Assembly: GCA_965219415.1 (NCBI GenBank)
Contig: CBDCNP010000002.1
Coordinates: 96,001-160,000 of the forward strand
DNA length: 64,000 nucleotides
From: Candidatus Marinacidobacterales bacterium
GTDB lineage: Bacteria; Acidobacteriota; Vicinamibacteria; Marinacidobacterales; DATDRI01
Direction: 5' to 3'
In this document: positions 1 to 9,507 of the stretch, in pieces
How positions within the stretch are numbered: the first letter of the stretch is position 1
Layout of the letters: each line of letters opens with the position of its first letter
Translations under genes and position numbers: made by a program
Notes under the pieces: generated by a model
What the model saw: the letters and a program-made list of their open reading frames with translations, nothing else
Databases searched by the model: none
What the model was told of the DNA's origin: nothing

Positions 1-1220
1 GCTCGATTCCACTCGTCATGACGCCGAACTCCTTCGAGGATCAGGTTCACGATCTGCTGGGGGGCGCCGAGCGGCCCATGCGAGGATTCGAGGTCCTCGC
101 GAGTCGCAAAAGCAAACGTCCCGGGAAACGGTTTCACAAACAGCTGATAGACGGCGTCGTCGCCATTCAGTTCCCCAAAGCGTCCGCCTTGGAACAAACC
201 CTCCTCGAAAGCTAGCGTTGCCTGGAGCGCGCCCTCGGCATTCAAGAGGCTCAGGACGCCGGTTTGCGGTATTTGACTCAACATTTGGAGCACCATCGGG
301 AGACCGAATAGATCCAGATCGCCGCTCAGCCCGGCGGATGCCCGTTCGCTCTCCTTCTCGAAACCCGCCAGCGCCTTGGAAGCCGCTTCGGCGACCTTCT
401 CCCCCGAATGCTTCTTGACGATCTCCTCCATCAGCTCCCGGACCTCGGGAGCCGGGGTGCCAGCCAGCGCCTGCACGAGGGCGAGCCTCTTCTCGTCGTT
501 CTTCTTAAGCTTGAATCCCAATACGGACCGCATCTCTGCCTTGAGCGCGCCAACCAGTCTGCCGAGCAAGTCCTTCTTCTTGGACAAGTCGTGATGGCCG
601 GCGGCGATCAATCGAGAGACGGTGTTCCCGAGACCGGTCTCCGTCTTCAACCCGTGATCGATGAGGGCTCGCCACGCGCGGGGAGACCCGTAGCGGGCAA
701 GAGCGGTACAGGTCCGTTCGAGAGGGGCGTCGATCTCCTCGAGCGAGTAGACGCGCGCTTCAGGCTGCAAAAGCATATTCTCGAACACTTGCAGGTAGGC
801 GAGCAACGTCCGCTCCGCATGCTCGTGCTCGCTCTGCGCCAGGAACGCGATCGCCTGTTTCACCATGGGAGCTGGACTCTCCTTGTTGCAGGCACGCATG
901 ACCAAATTGACTTCTGCGCCGACGCTTGCATCCTCGGGCCGCTCGATGACCCGTAGGAGATAGATCAGGTTCATCTGAAAGAACGGGTCAACGTCCATCC
1001 CCGGCGTGATCGAGGCAGTAAGCAACCCGAGGGCCTTGGCCCGCGCCGCGGACTGATGTATTTCGAGGATTGTCAGGAGCTAAGCGGGAGATGAAGCTAC
1101 AGATCACGCCGGCGGCCGAGATCCTCGGACTCAGTCTCGCCGATCTGGCGAGGCAGGTACGCCAAGTGTTCTATGGTGAAGAAGCGCAACGCATTCAGAG
1201 AGGGCGTCACGACATCCGGG
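1..1220 (-). pseudogene. Large protein with C-terminal DUF4388 (PatA-N-like) domain; frameshifted, 5' part cut off by IS256, 3' end runs off the window
   Basis: Manual minus-strand translation of ~1-620 gives LSGDLDLFGLPMVLQMLSQ...GTFAF...LILEGVRRHDEW, the DUF4388 pattern. Upstream coding-like segments lie in different frames up to the IS border. Confidence 0.6.
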
Positions 1221-2592
1221 GAGCTACCCTCAGAAGGTGTGGAAATAAAGTAAAGGCGGAGTAACCTTCCGCGTCACGAAACACGGCGTGAAGGGGCCAA
1301 CGGAAGGAGACACCGCCATGAAGGAAAAGACCACAAGACGACGGAGCTCGTCAAGGGTGGCTTGGGAGTCGCTGGAGAAGTGGGCGAGGCTCGAGATCCA
1401 GGATTGGGTGCAGGAGCTGATGGTAGCCGAAGTCACGGAGCTTCTCGGGCGTGAGAAATCGGAGAGACGGAAGCCCGTGGACACAACGGCGGGCTATCGA
1501 AATGGATACGGTAAGCCTCGGAAGCTGACGATGAGCGTGGGCACGGTGACGGTTCGCCGGCCGAGAGTAGGGGACGTGGAGGAGAGGTTCGAAAGTCGAG
1601 TGCTTCCGCTGTTCAAGCGTCGGAGCGAAACGGTGAGCGAGTTGATTCCGGAGCTGTACCTGCATGGACTAGCTCACGGAGATTTCGATCTGGCGCTCCG
1701 CGGGCTTCTAGGGGAGGACGCTCCACTTTCTCCCAGCACGGTGTCGCGGCTGAAACAGAAATGGCAGGGAGAGTACGAGCAGTGGCTAGCTCGCCCACTG
1801 GACGAACTCGAGCTCGTGTCCCTGTGGGTAGATGGCGTGTACGTGAAGGCCGGCCTTGAGAAGGACAAGGCGGCGGTGCTAGTTGCGGTTGGTGGCCTGT
1901 CCGACGGGACGAAAATCGTCCTGACGCTGGAGGCCGGGCATCGAGAATCCGAAGCGTCATGGTCGTCGCTGCTACGGAGACTGAAGAAGCGCGGTCTGAG
2001 ATGTCCCCGTTTGGTGATCGGTGACGGTCATCTCGACATCTGGGCCGCGACCCGAAACGTATTTCCAGAAGCTGAGGAGCAGCGGTGCTGGAACCACCGA
2101 ATCCTCAACGTACTGGACCGGATTCCGAAAAGGGACCAGGCGCAGGCCAAGCCGCTGTTGACGGCGACCCCCTACCCCACCAGCCTGCAGGAGTGCGAGA
2201 CGAAGAAGGCCAAGTTCCAGGATTGGTGCTTGCGCAAGGGTCTTCCGGGGGCCGCGCACGTGCTCGACGAGGACTGGGAGCGGATGGTCAGCTTCTATTC
2301 CTTTCCCAAGCCTCACTGGCAACACCTTCGCACGAGCAACGTCGTGGAGTCACCGTTCGCTGCACTGAGATTGAGAACGGATGCGGCCAAAAGGTTCAAG
2401 AAAGTCGAGTCCGCCACTGCGACAATCTTCAAACTGCTTCTGGTTGCGGAGAAGAATTTTCGCCGGCTCAACGCACCGGAGCTGATGCGAGAGGTTCACC
2501 TGGGCGTTCGATTTGAAGATGGAGACAGGGTAACGGAGTCGTCGAAGGTTGCTGCTGCCTGAACTTTTTTACACACCTATTGACAAGAGCTC
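1221..2592 (+). mobile_element. IS256-family insertion sequence, copy 1 (1372 bp)
   Basis: Imperfect terminal IRs GAGCTACCCTCAGAAGGTGTGGAAATAAAGT and GAGCTCTTGTCAATAGGTGTGTAAAAAAGT (reverse complement). Near-identical inverted copy at 5666-7037 defines both ends. Confidence 0.93.
1318..2562 (+). CDS. IS256-family (Mutator-like) DDE transposase
   Basis: YRNGY motif, WVDGVY, VIGDG, QRCWNH, TSNVVES; AAGGAG RBS before ATG 1318. Confidence 0.93.
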   Translation: MKEKTTRRRSSSRVAWESLEKWARLEIQDWVQELMVAEVTELLGREKSERRKPVDTTAGYRNGYGKPRKLTMSVGTVTVRRPRVGDVEERFESRVLPLFKRRSETVSELIPELYLHGLAHGDFDLALRGLLGEDAPLSPSTVSRLKQKWQGEYEQWLARPLDELELVSLWVDGVYVKAGLEKDKAAVLVAVGGLSDGTKIVLTLEAGHRESEASWSSLLRRLKKRGLRCPRLVIGDGHLDIWAATRNVFPEAEEQRCWNHRILNVLDRIPKRDQAQAKPLLTATPYPTSLQECETKKAKFQDWCLRKGLPGAAHVLDEDWERMVSFYSFPKPHWQHLRTSNVVESPFAALRLRTDAAKRFKKVESATATIFKLLLVAEKNFRRLNAPELMREVHLGVRFEDGDRVTESSKVAAA

Positions 2593-3234
2593 GGAATTCT
2601 TCCGTCTCGTGTGTAGCGAAGAATCTTTCCAGCTAGAGTATTGGCCTGCTGGCTAGTACACCGGTCGCACCCATTGTCCCCGACGCTGACGTAGAGCATG
2701 CCGTCCGGGCCGAAGGCAACGCTTCCTCCCTGATGGTTGCCGCAGACGTCGGAGGGTAGGCCGGTGATCACGGCTTCCGCGTCTTCGTCACCGTCCTGTC
2801 CGAAACGCGACATCCGTGAAGCGCGTCACGATGTTGGTGCGATTGGCGCTGGTATAGAAGACGTAGACCAGACTATTGGATTGGTAGTTGGGGTCGAGGG
2901 CGATACCGAGTAGTCCTCGTTCGCCGCCCGTCTGCACGCCGTTGAACGTGATGAGACGTCGGTCGCGGAGGGTTCCGTCTTCCACTACCCTCACCGATGC
3001 GGTCCGAACCCCACCGAAGCCGCCCTTTTCGGTCACCAGGATACGGTTGGCGGCGGTGAAGGCCATAGCGACAGGAAAATTCGGAAGGGAGACGACTCGC
3101 TCGGCGACGAATCGACCGTCGGCGGGAAGGCTTGGCTCGGGATCGGTTGGACTCGTCGGCGAGCCGTCCCCGCCGCAGTGAGTCAAGAGAACAACGAGCG
3201 CCGTCACGGCGACCCTAGCCCGCGCTGACTTCAT
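2593..3234 (-). pseudogene. PQQ-dependent sugar dehydrogenase (GSDH/YliI-like) lipoprotein, N-terminal half
   Basis: Lipobox-like LLTHC; GERGLLGIALDPNY; after a frameshift near 2800, NHQGGSVAFGPDGMLYVSVGD...AGKILRYTRDGRIP ending at the IS border. Confidence 0.88.
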
Positions 3235-3262
3235 GTCGACGAGGCGTGTGTTGTGTGAGAAT

Positions 3263-3715
3263 TCAGGCCCGGCGGGGCGGCTTGGCAGGGAAGTGATTGA
3301 TGCCCAGCTTCTGTGCCGCATTGTCCGTTAAATCCACAATGGAGGCGGCGTTGATCCCGATCGCGATGACGATGGTCTCGCTGATCTCTTCTTTGGTGGC
3401 TCCGTGCTTCAACGCCTTTTGGACGTGGCCTTCGATGCAGCCGTCGCATCGCGCGACCAAGGACGCGGCGAGAGCGATGAGCTCTTGGGTCTTGGAATCG
3501 AGAGCCTTGTTCTCGCTGAAATAGGTTTCCTTGTAGAACTGAGCGTAGATGCCCCGCATCCGGGGTTGAATCATGGAGTAAGAAGCGGGCCCATCCTTTT
3601 TTTCCGGGGCGTAGTCTATGCCAGGGATGTGTACGCCGTTCTCGTTAGTAGAAGGGGTGGAAGGCGACTCGTCTGCTTGCGTTTCCTTCTTTTCCGTCGC
3701 GGAATCTTTTGCCAT
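3263..3715 (-). CDS. Carboxymuconolactone decarboxylase/AhpD-like protein
   Basis: ALDSKTQELIALAASLVARCDGCIEGHVQKALKHGAT (CxxC...H); AGGAGG RBS. Confidence 0.85.
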   Translation of the reverse strand: MAKDSATEKKETQADESPSTPSTNENGVHIPGIDYAPEKKDGPASYSMIQPRMRGIYAQFYKETYFSENKALDSKTQELIALAASLVARCDGCIEGHVQKALKHGATKEEISETIVIAIGINAASIVDLTDNAAQKLGINHFPAKPPRRA

Positions 3716-3922
3716 TGAAACTGACCTCCTCGGGATCCTCCCACCAATCGAAACGTATGATAGCACAGACGGTTACTCAGTGACCGTCGGGGCAGGAGTG
3801 TAGGGGGCGAGAAGTGCCCTAACCGTAAGACTAAGATAATATTATGTTTATTCTCGCATCCTTGCCTTGCTTGCCACCTCGGTGGAGGCGAGTTAGGATG
3901 CCTACCTCGTAGGAGGTAGCTG

Positions 3923-4390
3923 ATGGCCTCTCGCCTGGCGGTCGCCTTTGAGGGCTACGAGGCATACCACCGAGCCCCGGGCAACAAGCTCTGCCATTGC
4001 ATCGGGATTCCTCTGATCGCCTTCACCCTCGTGGGTCTCCTTTCTTCCATCCCCGTGGGAACCGTGGGGGGGTGGCGCTTGGATCTGGCGATCGTCGTCG
4101 CCGCGGCGGTCGTGCTATATGACTTCCTGTTGAGTCCGCGTCTGGCGCTGTCTCTCGCGGTGGTCTTGTTACTTTCTTACTACCTGGCACGTCCGCTGCC
4201 CTCGTTGGTTCTATGGGCCGGCTTCCTTTTCGGATGGGCGCTTCAGTTTCTCGGCCACTTCGCCTTCGAAGGTAATTCGCCTGCCTTCGTCAAGAATCTG
4301 CAGCACCTGATGACTGGTCCGCTTTGGGTAGTGGCTCGAATCGTCCGAGAGCCGGTCGCCCATCGAGCAGGCGATGGCGAACAAGTTTAA
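3923..4390 (+). CDS. DUF962/Mpo1-family membrane protein
   Basis: YHRAPGNKLCHCIGIP and GWALQFLGHFAFEGNSPAF motifs; AGGAGG RBS. Confidence 0.85.
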   Translation: MASRLAVAFEGYEAYHRAPGNKLCHCIGIPLIAFTLVGLLSSIPVGTVGGWRLDLAIVVAAAVVLYDFLLSPRLALSLAVVLLLSYYLARPLPSLVLWAGFLFGWALQFLGHFAFEGNSPAFVKNLQHLMTGPLWVVARIVREPVAHRAGDGEQV

Positions 4391-4402
4391 GGAGTCGCGG
4401 TC

Positions 4403-4801
4403 ATGCCTATTGCAACCCAGCTAAACCTCGATGTGGACAATGAAATCGGAGCACTGGCTCGACTATGTCGAGACTTGGCCGAGAGGGGAGTCAATCTCCT
4501 CGCCCTTTCCGCACCCGGGAGTGACGGGCAGAAAGGTCGGGTGCGGCTCTTGGTGGCCAATCCGCAACTCGCAAAGCAGGCCATGACCAAAGCGGGTTAC
4601 AAGTTCGGCGTAGAAGAAGTCGTGTTCGTCGAGATCAAGAACCGCCCCGGCGCGCTCGCGAAAACGGTCGAGAAGCTGGCCAAGGCCAAGATCGACGTGC
4701 GTTACGCTTACGCCACCGCATACACCAAGGCGCAAAAAACCGCGGCCGTCGTCGCGGTGGGGGAGAACGACTTGCCGCGGGCTTTGAAGATCTTGCGTTG
4801 A
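4403..4801 (+). CDS. Tandem ACT-domain protein
   Basis: DNEIGALARL...GVNL and KNRPGALAKTVEKLAKAKIDV repeats. Confidence 0.85.
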   Translation: MPIATQLNLDVDNEIGALARLCRDLAERGVNLLALSAPGSDGQKGRVRLLVANPQLAKQAMTKAGYKFGVEEVVFVEIKNRPGALAKTVEKLAKAKIDVRYAYATAYTKAQKTAAVVAVGENDLPRALKILR

Positions 4802-4953
4802 GCGGAGGCGGTTTTCCAGGGAGTTCTTCATCGTCACATAGGGACGCAAAACGGGCGGTTACTCGGCCCGGACCAAGTATCGAAAAGTAACACTAGCCGT
4901 GTGGAACTAGTTCGTAGGGAAGAAGTGACAGGGGTCTGACCCCGCCCTATCTT

Positions 4954-5505
4954 CTATTGACGAAAGGCCAACAGAGACGCCGCCCCTTCACCCGGTATTT
5001 CTCTGTAGAACGCAACTCGCAGCTCCGGAAACGCCGTAAGGAGCTCGCCCGGGGCGAGGCAAAACTCCGGCGGGAATTCCGGTCGAGTTTCGAGATGCTC
5101 CTCGGTGAACGTTTCGATGAACAAGGCGCCGCCCGGTCGCAGGGCGCGCACCATGTCACCCCACAGGTTTCGATCCAGATAGCGGAAGCAAAGAACGACG
5201 TCGTACCGCCCCTCGGGGATCGGGAACTTCGTCAAGTCTGCGAGGACGAAATTGACTGAAAGTTTCCGTCGCTCCGTTTCCATCTTGGCGGATCGTAGCC
5301 CGGCGAGGCTCCAATCCACGGCGTCAACGCGGTACCCCTGCGCGGCCATGAGGAGAGCATTGCCTCCTCGACCGGCCGCGAGATCGAGACATCTGCCCGG
5401 TGGAAGGTGCTCGATTGAAGAAACGAGGAAGGCAGTCGGGTCGGCCGGCCCTTCCTTGGCGTCATGCTTCGCGTTCCAACGATGGCGCTCCGAGGTCGTG
5501 CTCAT
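4954..5505 (-). CDS. Class I SAM-dependent methyltransferase (TehB-like)
   Basis: CLDLAAGRGGNALLMAAQGYRVDAVD, YDVVLCFRYLDR, ALRPGG. Confidence 0.85.
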   Translation of the reverse strand: MSTTSERHRWNAKHDAKEGPADPTAFLVSSIEHLPPGRCLDLAAGRGGNALLMAAQGYRVDAVDWSLAGLRSAKMETERRKLSVNFVLADLTKFPIPEGRYDVVLCFRYLDRNLWGDMVRALRPGGALFIETFTEEHLETRPEFPPEFCLAPGELLTAFPELRVAFYREIPGEGAASLLAFRQ

Positions 5506-5570
5506 GTGATAGGGTCCTAGCAAGTGTCGGTCGATTTCACTATAAACCATCCCCATATTGGAGGTGTCGG

Positions 5571-5665
5571 ATGCGTATGATCGCTATTGCTACGCTTCTC
5601 GCCATTGCGTTTGGCGGGGTCGCTATCGCGGTCCAACAGGAATACCCGAACTTCTCGTCGATAAC
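5571..5665 (+). pseudogene. 5' stub of a secreted protein truncated by IS256 copy 2
   Basis: GGAGG RBS, then signal-peptide-like MRMIAIATLLAIAFGGVAIAVQQEYPNFSSI running straight into the IS end. Confidence 0.6.
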
Positions 5666-7037
5666 GAGCTCTTGTCAATAGGTGTGTAAAAAAGTTCAGG
5701 CAGCAGCAACCTTCGACGACTCCGTTACCCTGTCTCCATCTTCAAATCGAACGCCCAGGTGAACCTCTCGCATCAGCTCCGGTGCGTTGAGCCGGCGAAA
5801 ATTCTTCTCCGCAACCAGAAGCAGTTTGAAGATTGTCGCAGTGGCGGACTCGACTTTCTTGAACCTTTTGGCCGCATCCGTTCTCAATCTCAGTGCAGCG
5901 AACGGTGACTCCACGACGTTGCTCGTGCGAAGGTGTTGCCAGTGAGGCTTGGGAAAGGAATAGAAGCTGACCATCCGCTCCCAGTCCTCGTCGAGCACGT
6001 GCGCGGCCCCCGGAAGACCCTTGCGCAAGCACCAATCCTGGAACTTGGCCTTCTTCGTCTCGCACTCCTGCAGGCTGGTGGGGTAGGGGATCGCCGTCAA
6101 CAGCGGCTTGGCCTGCGCCTGGTCCCTTTTCGGAATCCGGTCCAGTACGTTGAGGATTCGGTGGTTCCAGCACCGCTGCTCCTCAGCTTCTGGAAATACG
6201 TTTCGGGTCGCGGCCCAGATGCCGAGATGACCGTCACCGATCACCAAACGGGGACATCTCAGACCGCGCTTCTTCCGTCTCCGTAGCAGCGACGACCATG
6301 ACGCTTCGGATTCTCGATGCCCGGCCTCCAGCGTCAGGACGATTTTCGTCCCGTCGGACAGGCCACCAACCGCAACTAGCACCGCCGCCTTGTCCTTCTC
6401 AAGGCCGGCCTTCACGTACACGCCATCTACCCACAGGGACACGAGCTCGAGTTCGTCCAGTGGGCGAGCTAGCCACTGCTCGTACTCTCCCTGCCATTTC
6501 TGTTTCAGCCGCGACACCGTGCTGGGAGAAAGTGGAGCGTCCTCCCCTAGAAGCCCGCGGAGCGCCAAATCGAAATCTCCGTGAGCTAGTCCATGCAGGT
6601 ACAGCTCCGGAATCAACTCGCTCACCGTTTCGCTCCGACGCTTGAACAGCGGAAGCACTCGACTTTCGAACCTCTCCTCCACGTCCCCTACTCTCGGCCG
6701 GCGAACCGTCACCGTGCCCACGCTCATCGTCAGCTTCCGAGGCTTACCGTATCCATTTCGATAGCCCGCCGTTGTGTCCACGGGCTTCCGTCTCTCCGAT
6801 TTCTCACGCCCGAGAAGCTCCGTGACTTCGGCTACCATCAGCTCCTGCACCCAATCCTGGATCTCGAGCCTCGCCCACTTCTCCAGCGACTCCCAAGCCA
6901 CCCTTGACGAGCTCCGTCGTCTTGTGGTCTTTTCCTTCATGGCGGTGTCTCCTTCCGTTGGCCCCTTCACGCCGTGTTTCGTGACGCGGAAGGTTACTCC
7001 GCCTTTACTTTATTTCCACACCTTCTGAGGGTAGCTC
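5666..7037 (-). mobile_element. IS256-family insertion sequence, copy 2 (inverted)
   Basis: Reverse complement of 1221-2592 with at least 4 substitutions; same IRs. Confidence 0.93.
5696..6940 (-). CDS. IS256-family DDE transposase
   Basis: Differs from copy 1 at 3 residues (L/R, D/G, T/I). Confidence 0.93.
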   Translation of the reverse strand: MKEKTTRRRSSSRVAWESLEKWARLEIQDWVQELMVAEVTELLGREKSERRKPVDTTAGYRNGYGKPRKLTMSVGTVTVRRPRVGDVEERFESRVLPLFKRRSETVSELIPELYLHGLAHGDFDLALRGLLGEDAPLSPSTVSRLKQKWQGEYEQWLARPLDELELVSLWVDGVYVKAGLEKDKAAVLVAVGGLSDGTKIVLTLEAGHRESEASWSSLLRRRKKRGLRCPRLVIGDGHLGIWAATRNVFPEAEEQRCWNHRILNVLDRIPKRDQAQAKPLLTAIPYPTSLQECETKKAKFQDWCLRKGLPGAAHVLDEDWERMVSFYSFPKPHWQHLRTSNVVESPFAALRLRTDAAKRFKKVESATATIFKLLLVAEKNFRRLNAPELMREVHLGVRFEDGDRVTESSKVAAA

Positions 7038-7571
7038 AGAATTCCAGATGACAATCCCTTCGTGGAGATGCCGTTTCCCAGCTCGGCGTTTTTCGCCACC
7101 GGACTTCGCAATAGTTTCGACTTCACCTTTCATCCAGCAACTGGCGACATCTTCGCGACTGAGAACGGGCCATCGCAAAACGACGAAATCAATCGAATCT
7201 TGCCGGGCGTCAATTACGGTTGGCCCTTCTTTCAGTGCGGAGAATCGGTAGACACGGGGTGCTCGGTGCCCCGGCCGTCGAACCGGGCACCGGTTCAATG
7301 CTACGCCTCAGTCATCGCGCCAACCGGCATTGCTGTCTACCGGGGCGATGCTTACCCGGAGCCGTATCAGGGAAACGTATTCTTCGGCGATTTCAACAAC
7401 GGTGTTCTCCATCGCCTCGTACTGTCGGAAGACGGAACGACCGTTGTCTCGGCCGACGACCGATTCCTGAGCGGTTTTGGGGCGATCGTCGATCTAGCCG
7501 TCTCACCCGACGGGATCCTCTACGTCCTGACCGACCAGGATATCCAACGGGTGATGTTCGTGTCTAACTAA
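7038..7571 (+). pseudogene. PQQ-dependent sugar dehydrogenase, C-terminal half
   Basis: RIPDDNPF...FATGLRNSFDFTFHP...ENGPSQNDEINRILPGVNYGWP...APTGI...PDGILYVLTD continues exactly from the fragment ending at 2593. Confidence 0.88.
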
Positions 7572-7578
7572 ATGTTGG

Positions 7579-8703
7579 CTAGGCGAGAACGCCGAGCTGC
7601 TGGGTCTCGGGATTCGGCATGTTGGAATCTCGGCTCGCGAGCGCTTCTTTTTCGGCTTCTTCAATCTCGGCGTTCAGATCCCCCTCCGCGTCCTCTAGCG
7701 ATTGGCGATTGGGTTTCTCCGACGAGAGCTCGAACTCTGCGTCGGCCAAGTAAGTCTCATACATGCCGATCGGGTCGCGCCTCCCCCACTCCTCGAAAAG
7801 CTCGGGCGGCAGGATGGCCCGACTTTCTCCTTCATCGTGGGTGGCATGACCACCCATGCGGAACGTCCTCATCGTTACTACCACGGGCCCCCGTCCTCTC
7901 CGACACATGTCCGCTGCAAGGCGCACCGTCGCGTAAACGTCCAACACGTGGTTTCCATCGCACGTCATTCCGGTCACATCATAGATGGAGGCTAGCTCAC
8001 TCATAGGTCGGCGAGAATGCGATGCCAGCGGCGTCCCGAGCGCGATCTGGTTGTCCTGCACCACGACGATCATTGGCAGCCGAAGCGCCCGCGCGCACAT
8101 AACCCCTTCGTGAAAAGCAGTGGTGCGCGTTGATCCGTCGCCTACCCAAGTCAACGCCAGGCGTGAGTCTTTTTGTTGTTTGAAGGCCAACGCGGCGCCC
8201 GCACACACCGGCACCAGCGCGCCGACCATGCTGATAGGAGTCAGCACGCCTCGTTCCATGTCACCGAAGTGGATATCCCGCCCTTTGGTCGGTGAGTCGC
8301 CGGTGGCCAAATAGGCCCGGAACATGTCGGCCACCGTCATTCCCATCTCGTGGCAGGCACCGGCGTTTCGGATCATGGGACCCAACACGTCGCCGGGCTT
8401 CAGTGCATGGACCGCCCCTACCGTCGCCGCCTCCTCACCCGTTCCGAGCCAAGCCTTGGAGATGACGCCCTGCCGTACCCACCTCTTGAGCGCGATATCG
8501 TGAAGACGATTCCGGACGAGGCCCTTATAGAGTGCGAGGTGCTGCTCCGCCGTGAGTTGGTTGAGAATCTCTTTCCGCTCGAGATCAACATCGATCGTTT
8601 CCCGAAATCGATCCATCACCTCTAGATCGGGAGTCCACTCGACGTACTCGGGCGGATCGTAGGCTGCGTATCTTTTCAATCTGCCATCCCTGCCGGTGAG
8701 CAT
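7579..8703 (-). CDS. Thiamine-diphosphate-dependent 2-oxoacid dehydrogenase E1 alpha subunit
   Basis: GTGEEA, TPP motif GDGS...VQDNQIA, TFRMGGHATHD, RDPI. Confidence 0.88.
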   Translation of the reverse strand: MLTGRDGRLKRYAAYDPPEYVEWTPDLEVMDRFRETIDVDLERKEILNQLTAEQHLALYKGLVRNRLHDIALKRWVRQGVISKAWLGTGEEAATVGAVHALKPGDVLGPMIRNAGACHEMGMTVADMFRAYLATGDSPTKGRDIHFGDMERGVLTPISMVGALVPVCAGAALAFKQQKDSRLALTWVGDGSTRTTAFHEGVMCARALRLPMIVVVQDNQIALGTPLASHSRRPMSELASIYDVTGMTCDGNHVLDVYATVRLAADMCRRGRGPVVVTMRTFRMGGHATHDEGESRAILPPELFEEWGRRDPIGMYETYLADAEFELSSEKPNRQSLEDAEGDLNAEIEEAEKEALASRDSNMPNPETQQLGVLA

Positions 8704-8914
8704 AACACGGCTGTTGAATCACTCTCCCTCCCCCTCAGGGAGAGTTGGCCGTCAAAATACGCCGGGCCAAAGAAGCAGGTAGTCAGACGGCGGGTGCTGG
8801 TGGTCCTACACGGCGCGTTGTGTGATAGCGGTCACGAAACGGCCCACAAACCAGGGTTACCATGCCGGCACGCTCGCCCCCACCTGACGAGCCCAGCCAA
8901 TAGGAGGGGAACCT

Positions 8915-9493
8915 ATGACACGGACTAAACTGCCGTCGTTTCTGGCCCTCACCGTGATCCTACTACTCACAATAGGACCGGTCCGGGCACAGTACGTACG
9001 CCACATGAACTTGCGTCAACTTTGCGAAAACGCCAGAAGTATTTTTCGGGGCACCGTCCTCGCATCAACATCGGGCACCGTTGAAGCGGGTGGAGGAGAG
9101 ATCCCAACGATCACTTATCGGGTTCGCGTGGACGAGGCCTTTCAAGGCGTCGGCGAATCTGGAGACGTGGAGATCCGGATGGTCGACCCGAAGATGGCCG
9201 TACAGCGAAGTGGCTCGAAACGCTCCGTTCCTTTACTCAAGGGATTGCCTCAGATCAAAGTGGGAGAGGCCTACCTCTTCTTCCTGACACGCCCAGGCTC
9301 GGTCGGCCTTTCGACGACCGTCGGTCTCGGCCAGGGCTGCTTCCACGTCGTTGGGGGCGAGGAAGGGACCGCGGTCAACGAGTTCGGCAACGCCGGGCTC
9401 TTCAAAGACATGACTGAGCTGGCCACCGAGGCCGGTCCCATCGCCTATCGCACTCTTGCAAACGAGATCCGCCGCCTCCTGGGCGCGCAATAA
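8915..9493 (+). CDS. Secreted hypothetical protein
   Basis: Signal peptide ending in VRA; LRQLCENARSIFRGTV...VGEAYLFFL...VGLGQGCF; AGGAGG RBS. Confidence 0.75.
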   Translation: MTRTKLPSFLALTVILLLTIGPVRAQYVRHMNLRQLCENARSIFRGTVLASTSGTVEAGGGEIPTITYRVRVDEAFQGVGESGDVEIRMVDPKMAVQRSGSKRSVPLLKGLPQIKVGEAYLFFLTRPGSVGLSTTVGLGQGCFHVVGGEEGTAVNEFGNAGLFKDMTELATEAGPIAYRTLANEIRRLLGAQ

Positions 9494-9507
9494 CCGAGGG
9501 GGAAACC

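Noticed and set aside
18-956. Plus-strand ORFs such as 408-956
   Set aside because: Antisense shadows of the minus-strand DUF4388 gene; no recognisable motifs.
3815-3900. Possible integron attC site (CCCTAAC...GTTAGGA)
   Set aside because: Cores deviate from RYYYAAC/GTTRRRY, inner boxes do not pair, and there is no integrase or cassette array.
4931-4943. GGGGTCTGACCCC palindrome as a REP array
   Set aside because: Only one short copy seen and no associated tyrosine transposase in the window.
7579-8703. Lone E1 alpha subunit as a novel enzyme system
   Set aside because: Beta and E2 subunits may simply be encoded elsewhere; this cannot be judged from the window.
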